Shown: piece by piece, positions 1 to 16,175 of the stretch
Layout of the letters: each line of letters begins with the position of its first letter
Position numbering within the stretch: the stretch's first letter is position 1
NCBI RefSeq assembly: GCF_003334355.1
Contig: NZ_QOWP01000044.1
Strand: one strand, 5' to 3'
DNA: 24,113 bases
Origin: Escherichia coli
GTDB lineage: Bacteria; Pseudomonadota; Gammaproteobacteria; Enterobacterales; Enterobacteriaceae
Made by a program: the position numbers and the translations under genes
The notes under the pieces: model-generated
What the model saw: only the letters and a program-made list of their open reading frames with translations
Database searches by the model: none
What the model was told of the DNA's origin: nothing

Positions 1-77
1 AATCGGTGGAGCTGCATGACAAAGTCATCGGGCATTATCTGAACATAAAACACTATCAATAAGTTGGAGTCATTACC
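1..77 (+). mobile_element. insB: IS1 right terminus (partial, cut by window edge): last 20 codons of insB (stop 60-62) and the 23-bp IRR ending at 77
   Basis: Bases 1-77 match the recalled 3' end of IS1 (...AATCGGTGGAGCTGCATGACAAAGTCATCGGGCATTATCTGAACATAAAACACTATCAATAAGTTGGAGTCATTACC); frame from pos 3 reads [19 protein letters not shown], the InsB C-terminus. Confidence 0.85.
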
Positions 78-151
78 ACGTGTGGCTGCTTTCCTATTTT
101 AACTGCAAAAGGGAGGAGTACCTTTTCAAGCGATGCAATAACATTACTCAT
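78..151 (-). pseudogene. chbC: 5' fragment of chbC (chitobiose PTS EIIC), truncated after about codon 25 by the IS1 junction
   Basis: Minus-strand ATG at 151 reads [25 protein letters not shown], the ChbC N-terminus as I recall it, then runs into IS1 and stops after 7 IS1-encoded codons. Located directly downstream of chbB as in the chbBCARFG operon. Confidence 0.8.
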
Positions 152-235
152 AGAAAAATACCCTTAAAAACCGCAATTTAAATATTGCGGTATTGATTTA
201 TGAAATAACTCTTTGACGGGAAAATTTAAAATAAA

Positions 236-556
236 TTAATTTGCTGCGGCTTTTTTAATCGCTGCAACCGCAGCCTTAAGCACGCCTAAACCATCGACTT
301 TGCCATAAAGCAGCGAGTCAATTACTTCAACCGGTTTGTTGGGTAACAAACGCTGGATTTCGGGCAACATATAAGCAATCTGCGGCCCTAATAACACGAC
401 ATCGGCATTCTGACCTTTTTCACCAGCCAGTGTTTCCGGAAATGCTTCAATAATGACCGGAACTTCATATTTTTCTGCCTGTGCGCGCATTTTTGATACC
501 AGTAAAGAGGTAGACATGCCCGCAGAACAAAACAGATAAATGTGTTTCTTTTCCAT
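236..556 (-). CDS. chbB: PTS chitobiose-specific EIIB component
   Basis: 106-aa [23 protein letters not shown]... with the CSAGMSTS phospho-cysteine loop typical of lactose/cellobiose-family EIIB; same length as K-12 ChbB. Confidence 0.92.
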   Translation of the reverse strand: MEKKHIYLFCSAGMSTSLLVSKMRAQAEKYEVPVIIEAFPETLAGEKGQNADVVLLGPQIAYMLPEIQRLLPNKPVEVIDSLLYGKVDGLGVLKAAVAAIKKAAAN

Positions 557-793
557 AAAACTGCCCTCATCGACGATTATCTGTCAGCCAGACACTCCGC
601 AAGCCTTAACCTGCTTCCATGCTCTGGGTAACTTGCGAAACCAACATGACTTTTTTTGTGGCTGAAAGGAGTATACGGTATAGACCTGAGCAATAGTATT
701 TCTTTGACCTTATAAATTGTTTCTCCTTGACCTGTGGTTATGACCCTCTTCACATTTCGGGCAAATAATTCGCGAAGATAATTAAGAACTCAG
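557..793 (-). promoter_or_regulatory. chb operon promoter/operator region (known to be controlled by NagC, ChbR and CRP); contains a direct repeat TTGACCT at 704-710 and 727-733
   Basis: Non-coding region upstream of chbB; repeats seen directly. Assignment of binding proteins is from established knowledge of the chb promoter, not mapped here. Confidence 0.4.
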
Positions 794-821
794 GCCAAAA
801 AAACCGGCGCAATGGCCGGTT
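794..821 (-). terminator. Rho-independent terminator downstream of osmE
   Basis: On the minus strand, stem AACCGGC / GCCGGTT (plus 802-821) followed by a run of 7 U (plus A-run 797-803), 33 bp after the osmE stop. Confidence 0.6.
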
Positions 822-853
822 TCCGTTGTTACTCAAGCTTTCAGACGAATTGA

Positions 854-1192
854 TTACTTCGCAGCCTGTGGATCAGTGTCGTATTCAGCACAGGTCTGAT
901 AACCGGAGTTGATGACATGTCCGGTATCATCTAACGCGACAAAGTAGGTTTCTGCTTTACCATCACGTTGACCCAGGATGTAGGTCTGGCAAGTACCGCG
1001 AGCATGGATCATGCTCACTTCAGACGAAGGTTTACCCGCAATTTGTGCAACCTGCGCCCGGCTCATGCCTTTTTTGACGTCTTTCACCACAGGCTGTACA
1101 AACTGGTCTTTGGTACGATCATAAGCCGTACAACCCGCCAGCATGGTTAATACCGCCGCTGCACTCAGAATTCCTGCCATATTCTTGTTCAT
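854..1192 (-). CDS. osmE: Osmotically inducible lipoprotein OsmE
   Basis: 112-aa ORF with signal peptide and lipobox (LAGC); recognised as OsmE; position between chbB and nadE as in K-12. Confidence 0.9.
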
Positions 1193-1393
1193 ATTCCGTC
1201 CTCTTGTTTATCAGCGTGTTAGATAAGCCTGGAATACATTGGGCGCTTTTTCAAGCCCGTGAACGAAACGGCTCCGCTTTCAGAGGATTCCTGTATGACG
1301 TTTTAACCACCATTCAGCCCGCTGTCGCTTGTCGTTTCAGTAGCAACGGGTTAGCTTTAAGGAAGTTTTGTCTTTTCTGTCTGGAGGGGTTCA

Positions 1394-2221
1394 ATGACAT
1401 TGCAACAACAAATAATAAAGGCGCTGGGCGCAAAACCGCAGATTAATGCTGAAGAGGAAATTCGTCGTAGTGTCGATTTTCTGAAAAGCTACCTGCAAAC
1501 TTATCCGTTCATTAAATCACTGGTGCTCGGGATCAGCGGCGGTCAGGACTCCACGCTTGCCGGAAAGCTGTGCCAGATGGCGATTAATGAGCTGCGCCTG
1601 GAAACCGGCAACGAATCACTGCAATTTATTGCCGTACGCCTGCCCTATGGTGTTCAGGCCGACGAACAAGATTGCCAGGATGCCATTGCCTTTATTCAAC
1701 CGGATCGCGTATTAACCGTTAATATCAAGGGCGCGGTATTGGCCAGCGAACAGGCATTGCGGGAAGCAGGCATTGAACTGAGCGATTTTGTCCGTGGCAA
1801 TGAAAAAGCGCGTGAGCGGATGAAAGCACAATATAGCATTGCGGGTATGACCAGCGGTGTCGTGGTGGGCACCGATCATGCAGCAGAAGCCATTACCGGA
1901 TTCTTCACTAAATATGGTGACGGCGGTACGGACATTAATCCGCTGTATCGTCTCAACAAACGTCAGGGTAAACAGTTACTGGCGGCATTAGCTTGCCCGG
2001 AACACCTTTATAAGAAAGCGCCAACGGCCGATCTGGAAGATGATCGCCCTTCTCTGCCAGATGAAGTGGCACTCGGCGTGACCTATGACAATATCGACGA
2101 CTATCTGGAAGGGAAAAACGTACCTCAACAGGTCGCCAGAACAATAGAGAACTGGTATCTGAAAACCGAACATAAACGCCGTCCGCCAATTACCGTTTTC
2201 GATGATTTCTGGAAAAAGTAA
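1394..2221 (+). CDS. nadE: NH3-dependent NAD+ synthetase
   Basis: 275-aa ORF with the PP-loop motif SGGQDS; recognised as NadE. Confidence 0.93.
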
Positions 2222-2263
2222 TAATTTGCACATATTGGATTGTGCGAAAAAGAGTAATTTGTT

Positions 2264-2366
2264 CACGCCGGATGCGGCGTGAACGCCTTATTCGACCTAT
2301 AAAACTATGCAAATTCAATACATTGCAGGAGTCGAATAGGCCTGACAGGCGTAGCACGTCAGACGG
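2264..2366. repeat. REP/BIME-like palindromic units in the nadE-cho intergenic region
   Basis: GCCGGATGCGGCGTGAACGCCTTATTCGACCTA resembles the canonical E. coli REP consensus (GCCGGATGCGGCGTGAACGCCTTATCCGGCCTAC); a second partially inverted unit follows (...GAATAGGCCTGACAGGCGTAGCACGTCAGACG). Confidence 0.6.
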
Positions 2367-2419
2367 TGTAACCTTTGTCATCGACCCGCCTCTTTTTTAA
2401 TCGCTTCCCGCCTGTTACA

Positions 2420-2435
2420 CTGGATAGATAACCAG
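2420..2435 (+). promoter_or_regulatory. Candidate LexA (SOS) box upstream of cho
   Basis: CTGGATAGATAACCAG = CTG-N10-CAG with AT-rich spacer, about 16 bp upstream of the cho start; cho is a known SOS-regulated gene. Match to the full LexA consensus is only partial. Confidence 0.4.
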
Positions 2436-2450
2436 CATTCGGAGTCAACA

Positions 2451-3951
<1,501 letters not shown>

Positions 3952-3984
3952 TTAGTGGTGATCAGGCTTTTTTTACAACTGTTT

Positions 3985-4053
3985 GAGAAGAGAAAAGAAA
4001 ACCGCCGATCCTGTCCACCGCATTACTGCAAGGTAGTGGACAAGACCGGCGGT
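3985..4053 (-). terminator. Rho-independent terminator downstream of spy (stem also plausible on the plus strand)
   Basis: Long GC-rich inverted repeat ACCGCCG...CGGCGGT (4001-4056) with a T-rich tract on the minus strand (TTTCTTTTCTC) and TTTTTT on the plus strand. Confidence 0.55.
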
Positions 4054-4075
4054 CTTAAGTTTTTTGGCTGAAAGA

Positions 4076-4561
4076 TTATTCAGCAGTTGCAGGCATTTTA
4101 CCTTTTGCCGCTGGACGTTCTGTCAGACGCTTCTCAAAATTAGCATTAAATTGCTTTTTCTGTTCCGGCGTCAGGATGTTGTAAATTTTGTTCTGGGTTT
4201 CCATGTGCGCCAGCATGTTAGCTTTGCGCTGTTCTTCCATTTTTGCGATCTGCGCTTCAGCTTTTACTTTATCGAAGGTATCGCTGGCAATGATGTCATG
4301 CATTGCGCGGCGTTCTTCCAGCGGCGGACGTTTCATCTGGTCACGCTGGCCTTTCATGATTTCGCGGATCTGCTGTTTCTGCGCGTCGGTCAGGTTCAGG
4401 TCTTTGAACATCATGTCCTGATGCGGACCGAACTTGCCTTTGTGGTGCATCATCGGCTTCGCGTCAGCCGGTGCTGCGGTAGTGGTGTCTGCGGCATGGG
4501 CCAGGTTAGCCGCGCCAAGAGCCAGGGTAGAGGCAACAAACAGTGCAGTTAATTTACGCAT
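4076..4561 (-). CDS. spy: Periplasmic ATP-independent chaperone Spy
   Basis: 161-aa ORF with signal peptide MRKLTALFVASTLALGAANLAHA and LTxxQ-type repeats; recognised as Spy. Confidence 0.93.
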   Translation of the reverse strand: MRKLTALFVASTLALGAANLAHAADTTTAAPADAKPMMHHKGKFGPHQDMMFKDLNLTDAQKQQIREIMKGQRDQMKRPPLEERRAMHDIIASDTFDKVKAEAQIAKMEEQRKANMLAHMETQNKIYNILTPEQKKQFNANFEKRLTERPAAKGKMPATAE

Positions 4562-4720
4562 ATTCTATATCCTTCCTTTCAGTTATTTATTACGGCTTTC
4601 TTAAGTAGCGTGCCGTGTTGACGAGATTAACTTTACTGACTTTAGCGTCAATTAATCAGAGCAACGGTAAAACAATGAAAGTGTAAAAAACACTTTTGCG
4701 CCAATTATGGAGAAAAAAAG
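4562..4720 (-). promoter_or_regulatory. spy promoter region (known CpxR/BaeR-regulated); contains GTAAA-type pentamer repeats
   Basis: Upstream non-coding region; GTAAA motifs seen at about 4667-4671 and 4683-4687 and on the opposite strand near 4638-4652. Exact sites not mapped; regulation is from established knowledge. Confidence 0.4.
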
Positions 4721-4861
4721 AAAATTTGATGGAGAGTGATGAGAGAATATTACAACACGATGATTTTGCAGAGATTATGAAGAACTATACCGGATGACTG
4801 GTGATAAATAAAGCAAATAACCAGGATTAATCTGTATTAATTTATAAGAAAGCAACTTAAT

Positions 4862-4885
4862 ACCCGCAGAATGATTTCTGCGGGT
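4862..4885 (-). terminator. Hairpin immediately downstream of astE (end of the ast operon)
   Basis: Perfect stem CCCGCAGAA / TTCTGCGGG with a 6-nt loop, 6 bp past the astE stop; the flanking U-tract is imperfect. Confidence 0.5.
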
Positions 4886-4890
4886 AAGTA

Positions 4891-10954
<6,064 letters not shown>

Positions 10955-10990
10955 TTAATAATAAGTAATGTTTGCGCTGTAAATGTAGAT

Positions 10991-11006
10991 TGCAGGGTTC
11001 GTGCCA
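10991..11006 (-). promoter_or_regulatory. Sigma-54 type -24/-12 promoter element for astCADBE
   Basis: Minus strand reads TGGCACGAACCCTGCA (GG and GC spaced as in TGGCAC-N5-TTGCA), about 75 nt upstream of the astC ATG; the ast operon is known to be NtrC/sigma-54 and ArgR controlled. Confidence 0.6.
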
Positions 11007-11363
11007 GCCAGTGATAAAAGTGCATAAACGGCGGAGGCTAACTGGAAATCAAGGAGTTATAACCAAACCATATGCATTTAAAGTGCATATAAAGTGAATA
11101 CGTTTGCGATGTGGGTGAATAAAAAGAATAAAAAACGCAATGTTATGCAGAAGTAAAATATAATTCTGGAATTGTGATCATTGACGAAATTTACTGGAAA
11201 TTACTGCGCCATTCTGACGCAGCGCGCACCAAAAGCGGGCATTTTTTGCGCCATCGTTGACATCATTAACAACCATCGATCAAATCACTTAACAACAGGC
11301 GGTAAGCAACGCGAAATTCTGCTACCATCCACGCACTCTTTATCTGAATAAATGGCAGCGACT

Positions 11364-12170
11364 ATGAAATTTGTCTCTTTTAATATCAACGGCCTGCGCG
11401 CCAGACCTCACCAGCTTGAAGCCATCGTCGAAAAGCACCAACCGGATGTGATTGGCCTGCAGGAGACAAAAGTTCATGACGATATGTTTCCGCTCGAAGA
11501 GGTGGCGAAGCTCGGCTACAACGTGTTTTATCACGGGCAGAAAGGCCATTATGGCGTGGCGCTGCTGACCAAAGAGACGCCGATTGCCGTGCGTCGCGGC
11601 TTTCCCGGTGACGACGAAGAGGCGCAGCGGCGGATTATTATGGCGGAAATCCCCTCACTGCTGGGTAATGTCACCGTGATCAACGGTTACTTCCCGCAGG
11701 GTGAAAGCCGCGACCATCCGATAAAATTCCCGGCAAAAGCGCAGTTTTATCAGAATCTGCAAAACTACCTGGAAACCGAACTCAAACGTGATAATCCGGT
11801 ACTGATTATGGGCGATATGAATATCAGCCCTACAGATCTGGATATCGGCATTGGCGAAGAAAACCGTAAGCGCTGGCTGCGTACCGGTAAATGCTCTTTC
11901 CTGCCGGAAGAGCGCGAATGGATGGACAGGCTGATGAGCTGGGGGTTGGTCGATACCTTCCGCCATGCGAATCCGCAAACAGCAGATCGTTTCTCATGGT
12001 TTGATTACCGCTCAAAAGGTTTTGACGATAACCGTGGTCTGCGCATCGACCTGCTGCTCGCCAGCCAACCGCTGGCAGAATGTTGCGTAGAAACCGGCAT
12101 CGACTATGAAATCCGCAGCATGGAAAAACCGTCCGATCACGCCCCCGTCTGGGCGACCTTCCGCCGCTAA
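11364..12170 (+). CDS. xthA: Exodeoxyribonuclease III (AP endonuclease)
   Basis: Track ORF trimmed to [14 protein letters not shown]... (268 aa); EEP-family endonuclease motifs; divergent from astC. Confidence 0.92.
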
Positions 12171-12336
12171 TTTAGCAGCTCTCCTGGCTCAAACTGGGTC
12201 AGGAGAATTAACCTTGAGAAAAATCAACAAACTGTCAGTAATGATTTGTTGCCTGCCGTCCTTTGTTATACCGTCTCTGCGTTTTTAGTTGTCTGACCAC
12301 TTCTCTATTATCAAGTTTGATATAGGAAACCCCACG

Positions 12337-13047
12337 ATGAACGCTGAGCGTAAATTTCTTTTTGCCTGTCTTATTTTTGCGCTGGTCATTTACGCTATCC
12401 ACGCTTTCGGTTTATTCGATCTGCTCACCGATTTACCCCACTTACAGACACTCATCCGCCAGAGCGGATTTTTCGGCTATAGCCTCTATATTCTGTTATT
12501 CATCATTGCCACCCTCTTGCTGTTACCAGGAAGCATACTGGTGATCGCGGGAGGAATAGTTTTTGGCCCGCTCTTAGGGACACTACTCTCATTAATTGCC
12601 GCCACGCTGGCCTCCTCGTGCTCATTCCTGCTGGCGCGCTGGCTGGGACGTGATTTACTGCTGAAATACGTTGGCCATAGCAATACCTTCCAGGCCATTG
12701 AAAAAGGCATTGCGCGTAACGGTATTGATTTTCTTATTCTGACCCGCTTAATCCCGTTGTTTCCTTACAATATTCAAAATTACGCTTACGGATTAACCAC
12801 AATCGCCTTCTGGCCTTATACCCTTATTTCGGCACTCACGACCCTACCCGGTATTGTTATTTATACCGTGATGGCAAGCGATCTCGCCAATGAAGGCATT
12901 ACGCTGCGCTTTATTTTACAACTCTGTCTGGCGGGCCTGGCGCTGTTTATTCTCGTCCAGCTCGCAAAACTCTACGCCCGACACAAACATGTGGATCTGT
13001 CTGCTTCGCGCCGCAGCCCACTTACTCACCCAAAAAATGAAGGATAG
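12337..13047 (+). CDS. ydjX: DedA/TVP38-family inner membrane protein
   Basis: Track ORF starts with TTG at 12289; trimmed to the ATG at 12337 (MNAERKFLF..., 236 aa) preceded by AGGAA; multiple predicted TM helices. Confidence 0.8.
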   Translation: MNAERKFLFACLIFALVIYAIHAFGLFDLLTDLPHLQTLIRQSGFFGYSLYILLFIIATLLLLPGSILVIAGGIVFGPLLGTLLSLIAATLASSCSFLLARWLGRDLLLKYVGHSNTFQAIEKGIARNGIDFLILTRLIPLFPYNIQNYAYGLTTIAFWPYTLISALTTLPGIVIYTVMASDLANEGITLRFILQLCLAGLALFILVQLAKLYARHKHVDLSASRRSPLTHPKNEG

Positions 13048-13051
13048 AACG

Positions 13052-13729
13052 ATGTTGCAACATTATTCAGTGTCATGGAAAAAAGGACTGGCTGCACTCT
13101 GTTTACTGGCTGTTGCTGGGCTTAGCGGCTGCGATCAACAAGAGAATGCGGCGGCAAAAGTGGAATACGACGGACTTTCGAACAGCCAACCGCTGCGTGT
13201 CGATGCCAATAACCATACGGTAACCATGCTGGTGCAAATTAATGGTCGTTTCCTCACCGACGACACTCGTCACGGTATTGTGTTTAAAGATGGCTCCAAC
13301 GGACATAAATCGCTGTTTATGGGTTATGCGACCCCGAAAGCATTTTATGAAGCCCTGAAAGAGGCAGGTGGTACGCCGGGCGAAAACATGACGATGGATA
13401 ATAAAGAAACGACTCATGTCACAGGCAGCAAACTGGATATTTCGGTCAACTGGCAAGGGGCGGCAAAAGCGTATTCCTTCGATGAAGTGATTGTTGACAG
13501 TAATGGCAAGAAACTGGACATGCGCTTTGGCGGTAATTTAACGGCAGCAGAAGAGAAGAAAACGGGTTGCCTGGTGTGTCTGGATAGCTGCCCGGTCGGC
13601 ATCGTCAGCAATGCAACATACACTTATGGTGCGGTTGAAAAACGTGGTGAAGTTAAATTCAAAGGCAATGCCTCAGTTCTCCCGGCGGATAACACGCTGG
13701 CAACGGTTACCTTTAAAATCGCCGAATAA
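13052..13729 (+). CDS. ydjY: Predicted lipoprotein of unknown function with a Cys cluster
   Basis: Trimmed to the ATG at 13052 (MLQHYSVSWKKGLAALCLLAVAGLSGCDQQ..., 225 aa); lipobox LSGC; cysteine cluster CLVCLDSCPVG near the C-terminus. Confidence 0.78.
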   Translation: MLQHYSVSWKKGLAALCLLAVAGLSGCDQQENAAAKVEYDGLSNSQPLRVDANNHTVTMLVQINGRFLTDDTRHGIVFKDGSNGHKSLFMGYATPKAFYEALKEAGGTPGENMTMDNKETTHVTGSKLDISVNWQGAAKAYSFDEVIVDSNGKKLDMRFGGNLTAAEEKKTGCLVCLDSCPVGIVSNATYTYGAVEKRGEVKFKGNASVLPADNTLATVTFKIAE

Positions 13730-13743
13730 AGCCAGGATAAAGG

Positions 13744-14451
13744 ATGATGATGATGCAATCGCGAAAAATCTGGTACTACCGTATAACCCTCATCATCCTG
13801 TTGTTCGCTATGCTGCTGGCATGGGCGCTGCTTCCCGGCGTCCATGAGTTTATCAATCGCAGCGTTGCGGCGTTTGCCGCCGTGGACCAACAGGGTATAG
13901 AACGCTTTATTCAGTCTTACGGCGCACTGGCGGCAGTTGTCTCGTTCTTGTTAATGATTTTGCAGGCCATTGCTGCACCGCTACCTGCGTTTTTGATCAC
14001 CTTTGCCAATGCGTCGCTGTTTGGCGCGTTCTGGGGCGGCTTGCTGTCGTGGACCAGTTCGATGGCCGGCGCGGCGCTGTGCTTTTTTATCGCCAGAGTG
14101 ATGGGCCGCGAAGTGGTGGAAAAATTAACCGGCAAAACCGTGCTTGACAGTATGGACGGCTTTTTCACTCGCTACGGCAAACACACCATTCTGGTCTGTC
14201 GGTTATTGCCTTTTGTCCCTTTCGATCCAATCAGCTATGCTGCCGGTTTGACTTCAATACGTTTTCGCTCGTTTTTTATCGCCACCGGGCTTGGTCAGTT
14301 ACCGGCAACTATTGTTTATTCCTGGGCGGGCAGCATGTTAACAGGCGGTACTTTCTGGTTTGTCACCGGACTGTTTATTCTGTTTGCCCTGACCGTGGTG
14401 ATTTTTATGGCGAAGAAAATATGGCTTGAACGCCAGAAGAGGAATGCCTGA
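13744..14451 (+). CDS. ydjZ: DedA/TVP38-family inner membrane protein (paralog of ydjX)
   Basis: 235-aa hydrophobic ORF; stop overlaps the ynjA start (TGATG). Confidence 0.82.
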   Translation: MMMMQSRKIWYYRITLIILLFAMLLAWALLPGVHEFINRSVAAFAAVDQQGIERFIQSYGALAAVVSFLLMILQAIAAPLPAFLITFANASLFGAFWGGLLSWTSSMAGAALCFFIARVMGREVVEKLTGKTVLDSMDGFFTRYGKHTILVCRLLPFVPFDPISYAAGLTSIRFRSFFIATGLGQLPATIVYSWAGSMLTGGTFWFVTGLFILFALTVVIFMAKKIWLERQKRNA

Positions 14452-14999
14452 TGGGTTTACCGCCGCTTAGCAAAATTCCTTTAATTTTACGTCCACAGGC
14501 GTGGCTGCATCGTCGCCATTACGGCGAGGTGCTAAGCCCCATTCGCTGGTGGGGGCGGATCCCGTTTATCTTTTATCTGGTGTCGATGTTTGTTGGCTGG
14601 CTGGAGCGCAAACGCTCACCGCTCGATCCGGTAGTACGATCGCTTGTCAGCGCGCGCATTGCGCAAATGTGCCTGTGTGAGTTTTGTGTGGATATCACCA
14701 GTATGAAAGTCGCCGAGCGCACCGGCAGCAGCGATAAACTGCTGGCAGTGGCTGACTGGCGGCAAAGCCCGCTCTTTAGCGATGAAGAACGGCTGGCGCT
14801 GGAGTACGCCGAAGCCGCAAGCGTAACGCCGCCAACGGTCGATGATGCCCTGCGTACCCGACTGGCTGCGCATTTTGACGCTCAGGCGCTCACCGAACTG
14901 ACGGCATTGATCGGCCTGCAAAATCTGTCAGCCCGTTTTAATTCTGCCATGGACATTCCCGCTCAGGGGCTGTGCCGTATTCCTGAAAAACGTTCTTAA
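14451..14999 (+). CDS. ynjA: AhpD-like / carboxymuconolactone decarboxylase-family protein
   Basis: 182-aa ORF, same length as K-12 YnjA; family assignment from recalled annotation. Confidence 0.75.
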   Translation: MGLPPLSKIPLILRPQAWLHRRHYGEVLSPIRWWGRIPFIFYLVSMFVGWLERKRSPLDPVVRSLVSARIAQMCLCEFCVDITSMKVAERTGSSDKLLAVADWRQSPLFSDEERLALEYAEAASVTPPTVDDALRTRLAAHFDAQALTELTALIGLQNLSARFNSAMDIPAQGLCRIPEKRS

Positions 15000-15005
15000 G
15001 GAGAG

Positions 15006-16175
15006 ATGATGCGCCATTGTGGGTGGTTGCTGGGATTGTTATCGCTGTTTTCTCTGGCAACACATGCCAGTGACTGGCAAGAAATTAAAAATGAGGCCAA
15101 AGGGCAAACCGTCTGGTTTAACGCCTGGGGCGGCGATACCGCAATTAACCGCTATCTCGACTGGGTGAGCGGCGAGATGAAAACCCATTACGCTATAAAC
15201 CTGAAGATTGTCCGTCTGGCGGATGCCGCAGACGCGGTGAAGCGCATTCAGACCGAAGCCGCAGCCGGACGTAAAACGGGCGGCTCGGTGGATCTGCTCT
15301 GGGTGAACGGCGAAAACTTCCGCACCTTAAAAGAGGCCAATTTATTACAAACGGGCTGGGCGGAGACTCTGCCCAACTGGCGCTATGTCGACACACAGCT
15401 GCCGGTGCGGGAAGATTTTTCTGTGCCGACACAAGGTGCGGAATCGCCCTGGGGCGGCGCACAACTGACGTTTATCGCCCGCCGCGATGTTACGCCACAG
15501 CCACCACAAACGCCGCAAGCCTTACTGGAGTTTGCTAAAGCCAATCCCGGCACGGTTACCTATCCGCGCCCACCGGACTTTACCGGCACGGCGTTTCTTG
15601 AACAGTTGCTGATTATGCTGACGCCCGATCCCGCCGCATTAAAAGAAGCGCCGGACGATGCGACTTTCGCCCGTGTCACTGCTCCCTTGTGGCAATATCT
15701 TGATGTGCTGCATCCGTATTTGTGGCGCGAAGGAAAGGATTTCCCGCCTTCACCCGCGCGGATGGATGCTCTGCTGAAAGCCGGCACATTGCGCCTGTCG
15801 CTGACCTTTAACCCCGCGCATGCGCAGCAAAAAATCGCCAGCGGCGATTTGCCTGCAAGCAGTTACAGTTTTGGCTTTCGCGAGGGGATGATTGGCAACG
15901 TGCATTTCGTCACCATTCCTGCCAACGCGAATGCCAGTGCTGCGGCGAAGGTAGTTGCCAATTTCCTGCTCTCACCCGATGCGCAACTGCGTAAAGCAGA
16001 TCCCGCTGTCTGGGGCGATCCTTCTGTTCTCGATCCGCAAAAACTGCCTGACGGGCAGCGCGAATCATTGCAATCAAGAATGCCGCAGGATCTGCCGCCG
16101 GTACTGGCTGAACCGCACGCAGGTTGGGTAAATGCGCTGGAACAAGAATGGCTACACCGTTACGGTACGCATTAA
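15006..16175 (+). CDS. ynjB: ABC transporter periplasmic substrate-binding protein
   Basis: 389-aa ORF with N-terminal signal peptide (LLGLLSLFSLATHA); position as in K-12. Confidence 0.8.
   Translation: MMRHCGWLLGLLSLFSLATHASDWQEIKNEAKGQTVWFNAWGGDTAINRYLDWVSGEMKTHYAINLKIVRLADAADAVKRIQTEAAAGRKTGGSVDLLWVNGENFRTLKEANLLQTGWAETLPNWRYVDTQLPVREDFSVPTQGAESPWGGAQLTFIARRDVTPQPPQTPQALLEFAKANPGTVTYPRPPDFTGTAFLEQLLIMLTPDPAALKEAPDDATFARVTAPLWQYLDVLHPYLWREGKDFPPSPARMDALLKAGTLRLSLTFNPAHAQQKIASGDLPASSYSFGFREGMIGNVHFVTIPANANASAAAKVVANFLLSPDAQLRKADPAVWGDPSVLDPQKLPDGQRESLQSRMPQDLPPVLAEPHAGWVNALEQEWLHRYGTH

Noticed and set aside
388-570. 60-aa minus-strand ORF overlapping chbB in another frame
   Set aside because: Out-of-frame overlap with the conserved chbB CDS; no recognisable product.
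4064-4552. 162-aa plus-strand ORF
   Set aside because: Lies entirely antisense to spy, which is confidently identified; no independent support, typical shadow ORF.
12171-12230. Possible terminator hairpin after xthA (TCTCCTG...CAGGAGA)
   Set aside because: A stem is present but no U-tract follows; not convincing as an intrinsic terminator.
12289-12336. N-terminal extensions given by the ORF track for ydjX, and similarly for ydjY, xthA, ves, astD, ynjC, ynjD and ynjE
   Set aside because: Track starts are at upstream TTG/GTG or in-frame codons without Shine-Dalgarno support; internal ATGs reproduce the expected protein lengths and have ribosome-binding sites or translational coupling.
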